DNA of 64,000 bases from the human T2T-CHM13v2.0 reference genome, Homo sapiens: the NCBI RefSeq assembly GCF_009914755.1, contig NC_060935.1; one strand, given 5' to 3'. This document shows positions 11,926-34,590 of this stretch, one piece after another. Within the stretch, counting starts at the first letter, position 1. Each line of letters begins with the position of its first letter. Under the pieces are notes generated by a model. It had not been told where the DNA came from, did no database searches, and worked only from the letters and a program-made list of their open reading frames with translations. The translations under genes and the position numbers were made by a program.

Positions 11926-12872
11926 ATGAGACAGAATAACAATATTACAGAAATTGTCCTCCTGGGCTTCTCCAGGATCCTGATGTGCAAAATGCATTAT
12001 TTGTCATGTTTTTACTCATATACATTGTGACTATGGTGGGGAACCTGCTCATTGTGGTGACTATTATTGCCAGTCCCTCTTTGGGCTCCCCAATGTACTT
12101 CTTCCTTGCCTGCCCGTCATTTATAGATGCTGTGTATTCCACCACCATTCCTCCCTTATTGATTGTATACTTACTCTGTGATAAAAAGACTATTTCCTTC
12201 CCAGCTTGCATGGGTCAGCTATTTATAGACCACTTGTTAGGTGGTACTGACGTCTTCCTTCTGGTGGTGATGGCCTATGATTGCCACATGGCCATCTGTA
12301 AGCCACTGCACTATTTGACCATCATGAATTGACAGGTTTACATCCTTCTGTTGGTGGTGGCTGTGACTGGAGGTTTTCTGCATTCTGTGTTTCAAATTTT
12401 AGTTGTGTACAGTCTCCCTTTCTGTGGCCCCAATGTCATTGACCACTTTTTCTGTGACTTATACCCTTTATTGGAACTGGGGTGCATTGACACCTACTTT
12501 ATAGGCCTTGCTGTTGTTTTCAATGGTGGAGCAATCTGTATGGTCATCTTCACCCTTCTACTAATCTCCTATGGGGTCATCCTAAACTCCCTTAAAACTT
12601 ATAGTCAGGAAGGGAGGCATAAAGCTCTGTCTACCTGCAGCTCCCACATTGCCATGGTTATCTTGTTTTTTGTTCCCTGTATTTTCATATATGTTAGACC
12701 CGTTTCAAACTTTCCTATTGATAAATTCCTGACTGTGTTTTATTCAGTTATCACACCCATGTTGAATCCTTTTATATACACGTTGAGAAATTCAGAGATG
12801 AGAAATGCTATAGAAAAACTCTTGCGATACCAAAGTAGGAAGACAGGATTTAGATGCTCCAAGCTCAATTAA
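11926..12872 (+). pseudogene. OR4A40P: Olfactory receptor family 4 subfamily A pseudogene (OR4A8/OR4A5-like)
   Basis: Starts [16 protein letters not shown] and carries OR motifs GNLLI, SPMYFFL, MAYD(CHM)[22 protein letters not shown] and [12 protein letters not shown]. Lesions: 1-bp deletion ~11971-11974, TGA at 12330-12332, and DRY>DCH. The OR4A pseudogene call is firm. The symbol is tentative (recalled cluster order and spacing). Confidence 0.92.
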
Positions 12873-13039
12873 GAAGTCATCCCATCATGGCATCTGTTTG
12901 AAGTTCAAGATCTCAACCTCTATATCCAGAACTGAGAGCAGATGGGGCTGCTTGGGTGCAGGTCCTATTGTGTACGTTTTAAATTATGTATTTTCTCTAT
13001 TACACATCTACTGAGACAGGACATTTCTCCTGTATTCCC

Positions 13040-13764
13040 AGCACAGAGTGGAGAAGGGAAGGAATAGGTAATTAAAATAGATGCTCCTGTTCAAAAGGGA
13101 AGGCTATGGTGCTTCCTTCTGTGTAATTTATTTAAAGACTTTGTGGAATATACAAGCACCATATTCACAAATATCTTTGAAACTGCCCCTTCTCAGACTT
13201 GAGCTGAAACTCTATGTGCAGTCAGATAATACTCTTAAGAACCTTGGAATTATGTTTGTCTAGTTTAAGGTACTTACGTGACCCACCATTAAATTTGTCT
13301 GAAGTCTATTCATAGTGTCTTTACATCCACAAGTTCGGAATGACTTTTATTTGGATGACCCCTCTTACTTTTAGAGTACTTAGCTCTTTGCAGAGACTGG
13401 AAAGGGAAACCATTTTCATCTTTGACACCCACAAGTTCTGACTCTTTTATGTTTCTTGTAAATTCTGTCTGAAAATGTAACAGTTAATCTTTTAAGTAAT
13501 ATTATTTTAAAAATCTGACTTATTATAACATACAATGCTATAATAAACAGCTGTAACTTTCAATATTCTATTAGGAAATTTTAGTTGTATCCACCTATTC
13601 ATTTAAATACATTTTTTATTTTCTACCTTCTTATAGGTGACAGAATTACTAAACAGTTATGTGTATTTTCAGCCTTTACTTACAATATCATGGAGGCCCT
13701 TGGTTTTATATACTACAGCCAGTGCCAAACACTTTAAATTGCTGTTATGGAAACACCACACTTT
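13040..13764 (-). mobile_element. MLT1 (MaLR) internal-region remnant, continuing at 17604 (paralogue ~26900-27380 and 33679-34060)
   Basis: gctgttatggaaacaccacact..ggtgccac resembles the antisense 5' end of MaLR-int and abuts an MLT1 LTR once the L1 and Alu are removed. Confidence 0.45.
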
Positions 13765-17931
<4,167 letters not shown>

Positions 17932-17934
17932 TTA

Positions 17935-18460
17935 TTATTCTCCTGTCTTCTTGTATGGTGCAGGGCTCCACAGTTTTTATGATTTCAAACAACCTTCATT
18001 TTATTTTATCTCAAAATTTTGTGAGTCAGGAATTCAGGCAGTTGTTGGCTGGGTGTTTCTTCTGTTTTGTGTGGCAAGGACTGAAGTCACTGTCTTATTC
18101 AGCTGATAATTGAGTTTTATGTAAACGCCGGATAACTTAATGCACATTTAAAGCATATTGTAAGGGATGACATTAAGAGATGCATTGGGTCCTCTTCCTA
18201 TCCCTTTAGATGAAGGAACACAAGATCACTCCAGAGAATAGTCTAGGTTTTTACATCGTGCTCAGAGATCCCAATGGTAGAAAGTGGATGGGTCCAGCCA
18301 GCTAAGGGCTGTGTCCGGAACTGACACAATGTCACTTGCATCATATTCTATTTGTCGTAGTGATCACATGACCACCCAGATTTGAGGTTTTACAGAAATA
18401 GTAGATAACCTTTGATGCGGAAGTTTCAAAGTCACCTTGCAGATCAGCATGCAGGAAAAT
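17935..18460 (-). mobile_element. MLT1 (MaLR) LTR, old
   Basis: ttttgtgagtcaggaattcaggcag..ggctgggtg..ttcttctg and aatgtcacttgcatcatattcta. Paralogues at 34060-34590 and 47694-48220. Confidence 0.65.
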
Positions 18461-18469
18461 CGTCCACAT

Positions 18470-19490
18470 CTCAAAAAGAGCATATTGTAGTTTTATTCAT
18501 TTTAAGTTAGATCCATAAATCATCTTGAACTAACAATATCTGAGCAACATTGGGTTTTCTAATTCCTGAATACAGTATATCTGTTAGGTATTTAAAATGT
18601 TTATTTTTGAAGAGTTTTGCAGTTGTTATTCATGTAGGGATCTTCCTTATCTATTCATAAGTATTTATGTTTTCAGATTTCATCACAGATTTTTAATTAA
18701 AAAATCCATTTGTCATTGTTGCTAGTATGTATGTAAAGGAAATTGAAGTTTTTATTTGACATTTTAGTCCTATAAACTTGTAAATTTACTTCTTATTCCT
18801 ACAAAGTTATTCTTTAGGGTTTTCTCTAACACTATCATGTTATCTGCAAGTAAGTATAGCTCATTACTTGGAAAGAGATGGGGTGTTTCAGTTTCTTTTT
18901 GTGTCATGTTTGGAAGGTTGTTCTTTCCCTACATTTTACCTAATTCATCTAAGCTGTCAAACTAATTGAAATAATGTATTTCAGAACAATCCTTTTCTAA
19001 CCTTTTAAGTCTAAAGAATCTATGGGGTGATTATTTGTTTTATGATTCCTGGTATTGGTAATTTGAATTTGTCTTTCCTTTGATAACTCTTCCTGGCAAT
19101 TTATCAATTTCATTATGAAAGTACCAACTTGTGGCTATTTTCATTTTCTCTATTTTATGTTTTCCATTTTATTGCTTTTGATCTTATATTTATGTCCTTT
19201 CATTTACTTACCTTGGCTTTTATTTACTGTTCTTGTTCTAGCTTCTTAAGGTGAAGGCTCAGATGCCTGCTTGTAAATATTTATTTTAAATGTAAGCTTT
19301 TATAGCTATACATGTTACTTTAAGTACTGTTTTGATCACACCTCAAACATTTTGATGTTTTTGTTATTGCTGAGTTCTAAATATTTGCTTATTTACATTA
19401 TACTTTTTTCTTTGATTCATAGGTTCACTAAATATTTATTGGCATGCTTCCTAATATTTGAAGCATACTCTAGATATATTTATGAGTTAT
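18470..19490 (-). mobile_element. Old L1M fragments (paralogues ~34600-35510; 48225-49110 and 59190-59335)
   Basis: T-rich antisense L1M ORF2 remnants (ctggtattggtaatttg, tttatcaatttt, ttatagctata). Confidence 0.6.
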
Positions 19491-19499
19491 TTATTTATA

Positions 19500-19695
19500 C
19501 AAAGGAAATTATTTCAAAATTTAGTGATTCAAACAATATGTACTCATTCTCAATTTCTGTAGGTCAGTATACTAAGGATGGCTTAGGTTCCCATGCTTCA
19601 AGGTCTCTCACAAAAACTGTAATCAAGATGATGGTTGGGGCTACCATCTCATATGAAAGCTTAGCTGAGGAAGGATCCACTTCCACTCTGGTATT
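19500..19695 (-). mobile_element. MLT1 LTR fragment (paralogues ~35515-35725, 59350-59565)
   Basis: ctcaatttctgtaggtcag...aaggtctctcaca..ctgtaatcaagatg..ggggct..catctcat..gaggaaggatccacttcca. Confidence 0.6.
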
Positions 19696-20205
19696 GGGAT
19701 ATAGGTCCTATTTTTATGTTAGTTCTTCATCTTGGAATTATAATTTAGACCACAGTATGCTTGATCATATCTGATAGTTCTTCAGAATTAAAAATATTTG
19801 TGTGCATGTTTTAGCACTTACCAGTAAGACAGCACAGCACATATAGACGTGCTCTTTGAATTTTAGCAGTAATACATATTACATTTGGGGTGATGTGTTT
19901 AATCCATTTACTAGCTAAGTTGAAAATGACTAACTTTTAGTGTAGCCTGTTATGTGATAAAGACTTTAGCTATCTCAGATAGGTATTTATGGGACTCTTT
20001 AAGACTCTTATGACACAAAGATCAAACATTTAGCTCAACGTATGATGAGATGAAGGTGTTCAATAGATCCAATGGTAAGCCAAGTCATGGAAATAACAGT
20101 GGAAGCCCTTAAATACTTCTTCCTTGTTGGAAATAAAAATTTCTTTATTGTAGAAACAGTTATTGGATTGATATTAGAATATAATTAAAATATTGAGTTA
20201 ATGGA

Positions 20206-20417
20206 TGTATTAGTCCGTTTTCACACTGCTGATAATGACATGCCCAAGACTGGGAAGAAATAGAGGTTTAATTAGACTTACAGTTCCACAGGGCTTGAAA
20301 GGCCTCAGAGTCATGGTGGGAGGTGCAAGTCACTTCTTACATGGCAGTGGCAAGAGAAAAATGAGGAAGATACAATTCAAGTTGAGATTTGGGTGGGGAC
20401 ACAGCCACACCGTATCA
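20206..20417 (-). mobile_element. THE1 (THE1B/C-like) solo LTR, internally deleted (212 bp)
   Basis: Both termini are present (tgtattagtccgttttcac...gggacacagccacaccgtatca), with 5-bp TSD ATGGA at 20201-20205 and 20418-20422. The empty site is in unit 1 at ~6870. Confidence 0.92.
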
Positions 20418-23400
20418 ATGGACTACTGATCATTATGGTTATATCTGACTTAGATACAGGTCTTGATCAAAAGCCTCAAAAGCCTGTACTCTAACTAAAA
20501 CTGCAGCACTATGATTACCTATTTTTCCATGAATCAGAATGTCAACTTCCGTTCTTAGGCTCTCTGCCTCTGAGCCTCAGGGCTTCTTGGGCACAGACTT
20601 TCTAACAGGAAGGGTAAGGCCCTACTTACTGGGAGCATTTTTAGCAAAGAGAACCTGGAGCTGGTTCTCCTTTAATTCTGGCTGAAATATTACTTGCCTT
20701 ACCTAAATATTTCATAACATGCATCTCATAACTTATTATTCAATTCACTTTAAAATTATTCTTTTCATATTGTAGGCATTTCACATTACTTGTCATTTAC
20801 CTACTCTTCCTTAGCAAGAACCAAATCTTTTTCCTCTAGGGATTTTGTAAGAAAAAATTATACAGAGAGGTTCTTTCATTTGAAGTTGTTCCAAATATTC
20901 TAATTAACTAATCTATAGTGAAGTTACTCTCTCTTTCTAAAATATTGTTGATGTAAAGGTTATAGACTGTGTCTACAGACACAAATGGAAGAATTATTTT
21001 TCTGATAGAGCAGCCCAGGAGATATCAAAAAAGTTAAATTTCTGCCCAAGGTAGCGTATGTCTTCAGTTGGTATCTCGTCCTCTAGGTGTAATATTTTCT
21101 TGAAATGTCTACCATTGCTTATAAAAATGAGTGAAAGTTCTCAATTTCCTGGGATGAGATTGGGGAGATATAAGGACATGCTTTTACTTAGGAAAGAATT
21201 GGTCTTAGGGATATGCTAGTTGAAAGACTGAAAGACTGAAGAGTTTGGCTTCTGCCTGTGGGAAAGCTCTGTCACTGGATTCTCCATGAAGTTAAATCTC
21301 AGCATTGTCCTTGTTAGGTACCAAGCTTAATAGCTGGGCACATGAATGTTATAAATCCTCAATCACAGTAAAGTACTTATGGTTGCTTCACCATAATTGA
21401 GAAAATATTCAAGTAACAAATTTAAGTGTTGCTACTTGTGTCATATAATAAGGGTGTTGTCCAGGTTAATTTCCACTAATTAGTTCCACTTTTACATAGT
21501 CAAGCAGAGACGGTCTCTGTTTTTCTTCGAAGGCATTTTCCAGCAGGTGAGAATATTCAATTACCTTTCACAGTAAATATTGTCGTTATCTTAAAGCATT
21601 ATTATAGTTTGGTCATCTGCTTTGGATAGTGCTATACTTCTCTAAAGACTAAGATAATGAGAAGCCTGTGTGGAACTGTGGAAACTGTAGCCACTAGGAA
21701 CTAGTTCTATATCCATGGATCAGCCATGTATATTCCTGTGTTTTATGAGGACACATAGAGGCATGAGGTATCTATGGCAATCCTCAGTGAAAGAAGCATT
21801 GCTTTTCTGGACCAAGATGTGAGTATTTGAAACCATTGACAAGAGATAATTCATTAAAAATTCCTGTGATATGTTGAAATGTAGCTAATATCTTAAAAAC
21901 CAATGGTTTTATTTGATAAATTCTAATTGGAAAAATTAAGCTAGCACACATGGAAATTTATCAGCATATAAAATGTATATTTGGTTTTAATATACAGCCT
22001 AATTGTCTTTTTCCATTTGTCAAATAAGAAGAAAAACATGTTCCATATTACACTTAATAATAAATGAATCAATAGATGTGTAATCTTAGTGTTTGGGATA
22101 TTATATTTTATATGATATATTAATAAATGTGTACAATTACTTTCAGATATAATTGATTAGAGAATTTAAAATTCTGGATCATGTCAAGTTTGTTGAAGTG
22201 TAAATGAACAAATGCCTGTTATGTTCTGGAAGCATGATACAGGATTTTACTTATGAATCTAAAAATTATTTCAGCAAACATACTAATAGATACGTATGGT
22301 CAGGAAGGTACCTAGTCAGCTGTCATTTAAATAGATTTATAAAACAGTGACTGTGAAACATACTATTATAGATGTTTTTGTGTTATTATAGAATTTTATC
22401 TTTTGAAAATGACATGAACTTAGGAAACTATATTAAATCATTTTTTTCTAGAAAATTGTTAACAGCAGTTTACATTGAAAGCCTAGTAATGCTATGTTTC
22501 AGCTTTTAAAGTATTATGTTTTTAATTATTTAAACTATAAAGGATAATTTTATACCCTAGTTTTACAAGTAAACATTTAAATTCCCAAATAGAATTTTCC
22601 TGTTGAATGTAGTTTTGATGATGAAAGGGGGAAAACACACTAAACTTTGCAGCAAGCAAGATGTAAAAAAAATAACGGAATTGGCTATAGGCTACATTAT
22701 TCTCTTGTGTTCTCCAGCACGTGCATCTCTATAAGTCTATAGCTTCAACAGTGCCAGAACTGTTTATCAGCTGTAAGTGGTAACATGAATGAGACATGTG
22801 GAAAGTGCATCACAGCTGGCTTCTAGAGACAGCTCAGACTGTCTCTGCATACGTCCTCTTCCACTGCCAGATTTATATAAATGGAATCATCCTGTCTACA
22901 TTTGAGGTTTAGTAATTCTGCAGTTTTCCTCAGCAGTGAATAATCACAAAGTCTGGGTTTTTATCTCAACTTGTCCCATTGTTCTCTATAATTTAAGTTT
23001 GTCTTTAACCATCAGATGGAGAGATTTTGATAAATCAATGTGTTTTGTTTTTCTTCTGAGTTTTCTTTTCTTTTCTTTTTGTTGTTTATTAGGATTTGCT
23101 CTGTGTTTGTTTGGCTACCCCAAGAAGCCTCCTGAGTCTCCTCAGGGACCACAGCGGGTTGTGCTTCCAGTATTTCCTCACTCTCTGAAGATTTTTAGAA
23201 GAATACTAGACTCAGTTATCACATTAATCTTTATCTTCTTATTACCCATGGACATTAAGTTATTTATTGTAATTACTCTTTTCTGATTTGATCCCTTTTT
23301 CTTTCATTTTTTTTTAACCATTTAGCTCTCTGTCTGATGATGGGTCCAACTTTTCTACTATAATTCTGCCTGATATTGTCAAGATACTTTCCACCACAGA

Positions 23401-23570
23401 TAAAATCACTACTCATACATAATTAAATGGATAATACCTAAGACATACAAGAGATAAAATTATATTGTGTCCCCAAAAGCTTTTCCTGAATTATATGTGT
23501 CTTCTATTTTTTTTTCCTCTGGACTGTGTCTATAAATCTTTTCAAATTGACAAAAATGCAGATGATTTGT

Positions 23571-24060
23571 TTTTTTTAATTATACTTTAAGTTTTAGGGT
23601 ACATGTGCACAACGTGCAGGTTTGTTACATATGTATACATGTGCCATGTTGGTGTGCCACACCCATTAACTTGTCATTCAACATTAGGTATATCTCCTAA
23701 TGCTATCCTTCCCCCCTCCCCCCACCCCACAACAGGCCCCACTGTGTGATGTTCCCCTTCCTGTGTCCGTGTGTTCTCATTGTTCAATTCCCACCTATGA
23801 GTGAGAACATGCAGTGTTTGGTTTTTTGTCCTTGCGATAGTTTGCTGAGAATGATGGCTTCCAGTTTCATCCATGTCCCTACAAAAGACATGAACTCATC
23901 ATTTTTTATGGCTGCATAGTATTCAATGGTGTATATGTGCCACATTTTTTTAAATCCAGTCTATCATTGTTGGACATTTGGGTTGGTTCCAAATCTTTGC
24001 TATAGTGAATAGTGCCACAATAAACATACGTGTGTATGTGTCTTTATAGCAGCATGATTT
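23571..24060 (-). mobile_element. Short 5'-truncated L1PA 3' end (~490 bp)
   Basis: L1PA 3' UTR and ORF2 tail, with TSD ATGATTTGTTTT at 23562 and 24054. The empty site is in unit 1 at ~10230. Confidence 0.93.
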
Positions 24061-25666
24061 GTTTTGATCCAGTGTTCACAGTGAAGCATTCAGGAACACA
24101 AGTATTAGCTGTCTTTTACTGGGCCTTTACCAGGTGCCAGCCAGTGTTCTAGGAAACTTTACTTTGTTGTAATAAAAGAACTCTAGAGGTTTCAAATGAA
24201 AATGAGACATAGAGCAGTTTAGTAAGTGGCCCAAAATCATATAGTAAGTGGTGAAACTGGGCTTGTAGCTGAGGCAGTGTGGCTCCTTTGTCCCCATTAT
24301 TCACCACATGCTACACTTTCTTTCCAAGGATTTCTTGGATCTTAAATAGGCACATATTGAGTAGGAAACTTGTAGTCATAATTTACTCACTGTAATCATG
24401 AAACATCTACCACTGACTACCGTTATTCATGTAACAGTTATGAGCTTGGAAATTGCTATTTAATTATAAATATACGAAAAATGAAAAAGTCAGCAGAATA
24501 TAATAAGGGAGGGGTGCACTAATGGTTTTGTAGGTGGTTGACTGGAAAGGATTCTCAGTTCATCTAATTCAATCACATTGTTTTCCAGTGAGCAAACTGA
24601 GACAGACATGTAAATTCATTCAGAAAATGACTCAAATTGATGTCATCTTACAGTGAACTTGGAATTTCTCTTTGAGTATGCTTTTTTGGAATCAGGACAC
24701 TAAGATTCTATTTTTGAATACTCTCAGTATCTAAATAGTGTTAAAAATAAAACAGTGTCCTCTGTTCTGTACCTTTTTGTAAGGTGTCTGTTTTCTCCTC
24801 TCTCACTATGTAGTTCACCCCAAGAAATCAGAAAAAAAACTCACATCTAACGTGGCAGTTGGTGATAGCCATCAGTTAGTTTTCTTGAGTTCAAAATTTG
24901 TTGGTGAAAATCAGGATACTGTATGTAAATATGATTAAAAAATTGTGGAATAGGCATGAATAAGATGCAGAGATGTGCAGCTCCTTATAAGGCAACAGAG
25001 GGTCAGACCAAGTAATTGCTGCAGGGAATAATGTGATAAATAATATTTTACTATTTATTCAGGTTAATGTCCAGTCTCTTGACATTTAATGAGGTATTCA
25101 TAAAGACTGAACATCTTTCAAGGCATGAAGGACTGAATGTGTAACTGTGGAAGGCCACAGTACTGAGTGAGATATTTCAGAAGATATTACTTTTGATGCT
25201 ACACAGATCATAAAGATACTACAACTACAAACTCAAAGCACTGAATATACACGAATTTATTTATTTAGAGTCTATTACCACCATGAGAAAGTAACATTCT
25301 TGACACCAATAATCTGTTGCCTATTCATCATAGCTGACTTCTGTGCCAAGAAATATGTTTTAAATAAGGAGCTATGAAATATATGAATGGCTGTTGGGAC
25401 TTTAACTCTTCTTCTGTACAGAATATTCACTAAAACTGAGAGGCAGAAGCTGTTACCTGTAGGCTGAAATGAAAACCTTTGAGGAGATGAGGAACTCAAT
25501 AGAGACTTACAAAATGTTTATCATGTGTGTAAGTCACTATTGAAGATACAATGATGAAGATGTGCTCTGTGACATCATGGATGTATTCATATTCCTGTTC
25601 AGTATTTCGTTACAGGTCCTGTTCTCCTGAGCTCTTTACTCTGATACAAGCCTCAGAGAATAGAAA

Positions 25667-26580
25667 ATGAGACTGAGTATCAATGTTACAGCATTTGTCC
25701 TCCTAGGCCTTACTCAGGATCCTGATGTGTAAAATGCATTATTTGTCATACGGTTTACTCACATACTTTATGACTATGGTGGGGAACCTGCTCATTGTGG
25801 TGACTATTATTGCCAACCCCACCTTAGGCTCCCCAGTGTACTTCTTCCTTGCCTGCTTGTCATTTATAGATGCTGTGTATTCCACCACCATTTCTCCCAA
25901 ATTGATTGTAGGCTATCTCCATGATAAAAAGACTGTTTCCTTCCAAGCTTGCATGGGTCAGCCATTTTATAGACCACTTAGTTGGCGGTGCTGAGGTCTT
26001 CCTTCTGTTGGTGATGGCCTATAATCGCTATGTAGCCATCTGTAAGCCACTGCACTATTTCACCATCATGAATTGACAGGTTTGCATCCTTCTGTTGGTG
26101 GTGGCTGTCACTGCAGGTTTTGTGCATTCTGTGTTTCAAATTTTAGTTGCGTACAGTCTCCTTTTCTGTGGTCCCAATATCATTGACCACTTTTTCTGTG
26201 ACATGTACCCATTATTGGAACTGGCACACACTGACACCTACTTTATAGGCCTCACTGAGGTTGCCAATGGTGGAGGAATCTGTATGGTCGTGTTCATCCT
26301 TCTACTAATCTCCTATGGGGTCATCCTAATCTCCCTTAAAACTTATAGTCAGGAAGGGAGGCATAAAGCCCTGTCTACCTGCAGCTCCCACATTACCGTG
26401 ACTGTCCTGTTTTTTGTTCCCTGTAGTTTCATGTATGTTAGACCTGTTTCAAACTTTCCTATTAATAAATTAATTACTGTGTTTTATACAGTTATCACAC
26501 CCATGTTGAATCCATTAATATACACATTGAGAAACTGAGAGATGAAAAATGCTATAGAAAACCTCTGGTGTAAATATTAA
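25667..26580 (+). pseudogene. OR4A43P: Olfactory receptor family 4 subfamily A pseudogene
   Basis: Starts MRLSINVTAFVLLGLTQDPDV* and carries OR motifs [34 protein letters not shown] and [12 protein letters not shown]. Lesions: TAA 25730-25732, +1 frameshifts at ~25751 and ~25966, TGA 26074-26076, TGA 26536-26538. The symbol is tentative (recalled cluster order and spacing). Confidence 0.92.
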
Positions 26581-27407
26581 CTCTAGATAGAATAAGAGTT
26601 TACATTTTCATGTAGTTACAGGGTTATGTAGGTAAAGCCTTTCCAGCGAGTTTGTTAGACTTGTAATGGCAATTCAGGGATCCTAGATTGGGAAAGCGGG
26701 ATTCAGGAGCTCCCAGGTCAGTTAACATCTTGTCCCATCATGAGCTCAATTTGACATCCAGGATGTCAAATTCTATATCCAGAGTGAGTGTGGACAAACC
26801 TCTTGGGGTACAATTTCCAATGCACAGCTCTTTTATATTGGTTCTCTATTTTCAGGTCTATGAACTAGAGACAGGGTTTTTCTTTCTCATTCTCAGCATA
26901 CAATGGAGGAAGAGAGGAATAAATAACCAAAAATAGACACTACTGTTTACAAGAAAATGCTAAGGTGCTTCCTTTAATGCAATTTCCTTAAAAACACTGT
27001 AATATTTCTGTGTTTTTTAAATTGTCATTTAAAACATTATACAAGAGCCACACTCACAAATATCTTTGGAACTGACTCTTCTTGGGTTTGAGCTGAGAGT
27101 CTGTGTGTGTGAAGTGGGATAATTCCCATAGGAGTCTTAGAATTATTTTTGTTTCATTGGTAGGGTTTATGAAACACACTTTAAAATCTTTCTGAAGTCT
27201 TCTCAAAGAATCTTCCATTGACAACTTTGATATGACTTTTTTTTTCAGACACTTAAAGCATGTGGCATTGTCTTTAATATTAGAAGCTAGGTGACATTAT
27301 TAACATTGAGAGTCTTTAGATCTTTGGAGAGACTGGAAAGGGAAACCAGTTTTATTTTTGGAACCAGCAAGTTTGGGCTGTTTTCTTTTCTTTCTTCTTC
27401 TTTTTTT

Positions 27408-27502
27408 AATTTTAGTAGTACATTTTATTTAACCCAATATAACCTAAATATTTTGATTTCAATATGTATTCAATATAGAAATTATTAAGATTCTGTACAT
27501 TC
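27408..27502 (-). other. L1 3'-transduced segment (MER33/MER3-like hAT fragment)
   Basis: Lies between two T-tracts (27381-27407 and 27503-27536) and is absent from the unit 1 paralogous site. ttttatttaacccaatat...aaattattaa resembles MER33. Confidence 0.7.
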
Positions 27503-33678
<6,176 letters not shown>

Positions 33679-34059
33679 CTGTTTCATTTTTCTTGTAAGT
33701 TCTGCCTGAAAATTCAAGTTACTCTTTTAACTCATATTTTTATTTATGCCTTATCATATCCTACACTGTTTAAGAAACAGGTTGAACTTTCAATACTGTA
33801 CTTGAAAATTTCAGCTGGATTCACCTGTTCATTTAAGTACACTTTCTGTTTTCTACATTACTATAGGTGGCAGTGTCACCATATCTTTCTGGCACTAGAT
33901 AAGGAGTCACATTTTTCCCCCAGTTACTTCTGTGTTTTCAGCCATCAGTTACACCATCCAAGATACCTTCTAACTGTCATCTAGCTTCTGGTATTAAAGC
34001 CAATGTCTCGTGCTTTAGATTGTTGTTATGGAAGCACCACACTCACAGATGCCACTTTT

Positions 34060-34590
34060 TATTCTAGTTATCTGTTCCTGCATCATAGAAGGCTCCACTG
34101 TTTTTGTGACTTAATCAATAATTTATTTTATCTTCAAATGTTATGGGCTAGGAATTCAGGCAGTGTTCACTGGGTATTTCTTCTGCTTCATGTGGCTGGG
34201 ACTAAAGTCACTCAATGTTATTCAGCTGATTTCTGAGTCATCTGTAGGGCCCAGGAAAGCTTATTTCACATTTATAGCATCTTGGAGGTGATGACTGGAA
34301 GAGATCTACTGAGTCCTTCCTCCTATCCATTTAGATGAAGGACCATAACGTCTCTCACAGGATAGCCTTATTACATGGGATTGAGAGACCCCCATGGTAG
34401 AAAGTAGAGGATGTCAGGCCAATTAAGGGCCATGTCCAGAACAGGCACAATGTCAGTTACAACATCTTCTATGGTTCAGATTGGTCACATGACCATTCCA
34501 GATTTGAAATGTTACAGAAACAGATGATAACCCTTGATGGGGAAATGGCAAAGTCACTTTGAACAGCAGTGTGCAGAACAGTTGTCTACC
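34060..34590 (-). mobile_element. MLT1 LTR (unit 2 copy)
   Basis: Paralogous to 17935-18460, with terminus ctagttatctgtt.ctgc. Confidence 0.65.

Noticed and set aside
12351-12872. 173-aa ORF as a functional short OR protein
   Set aside because: It starts at TTG and is only the post-stop half (TM4-7) of a frameshifted pseudogene.
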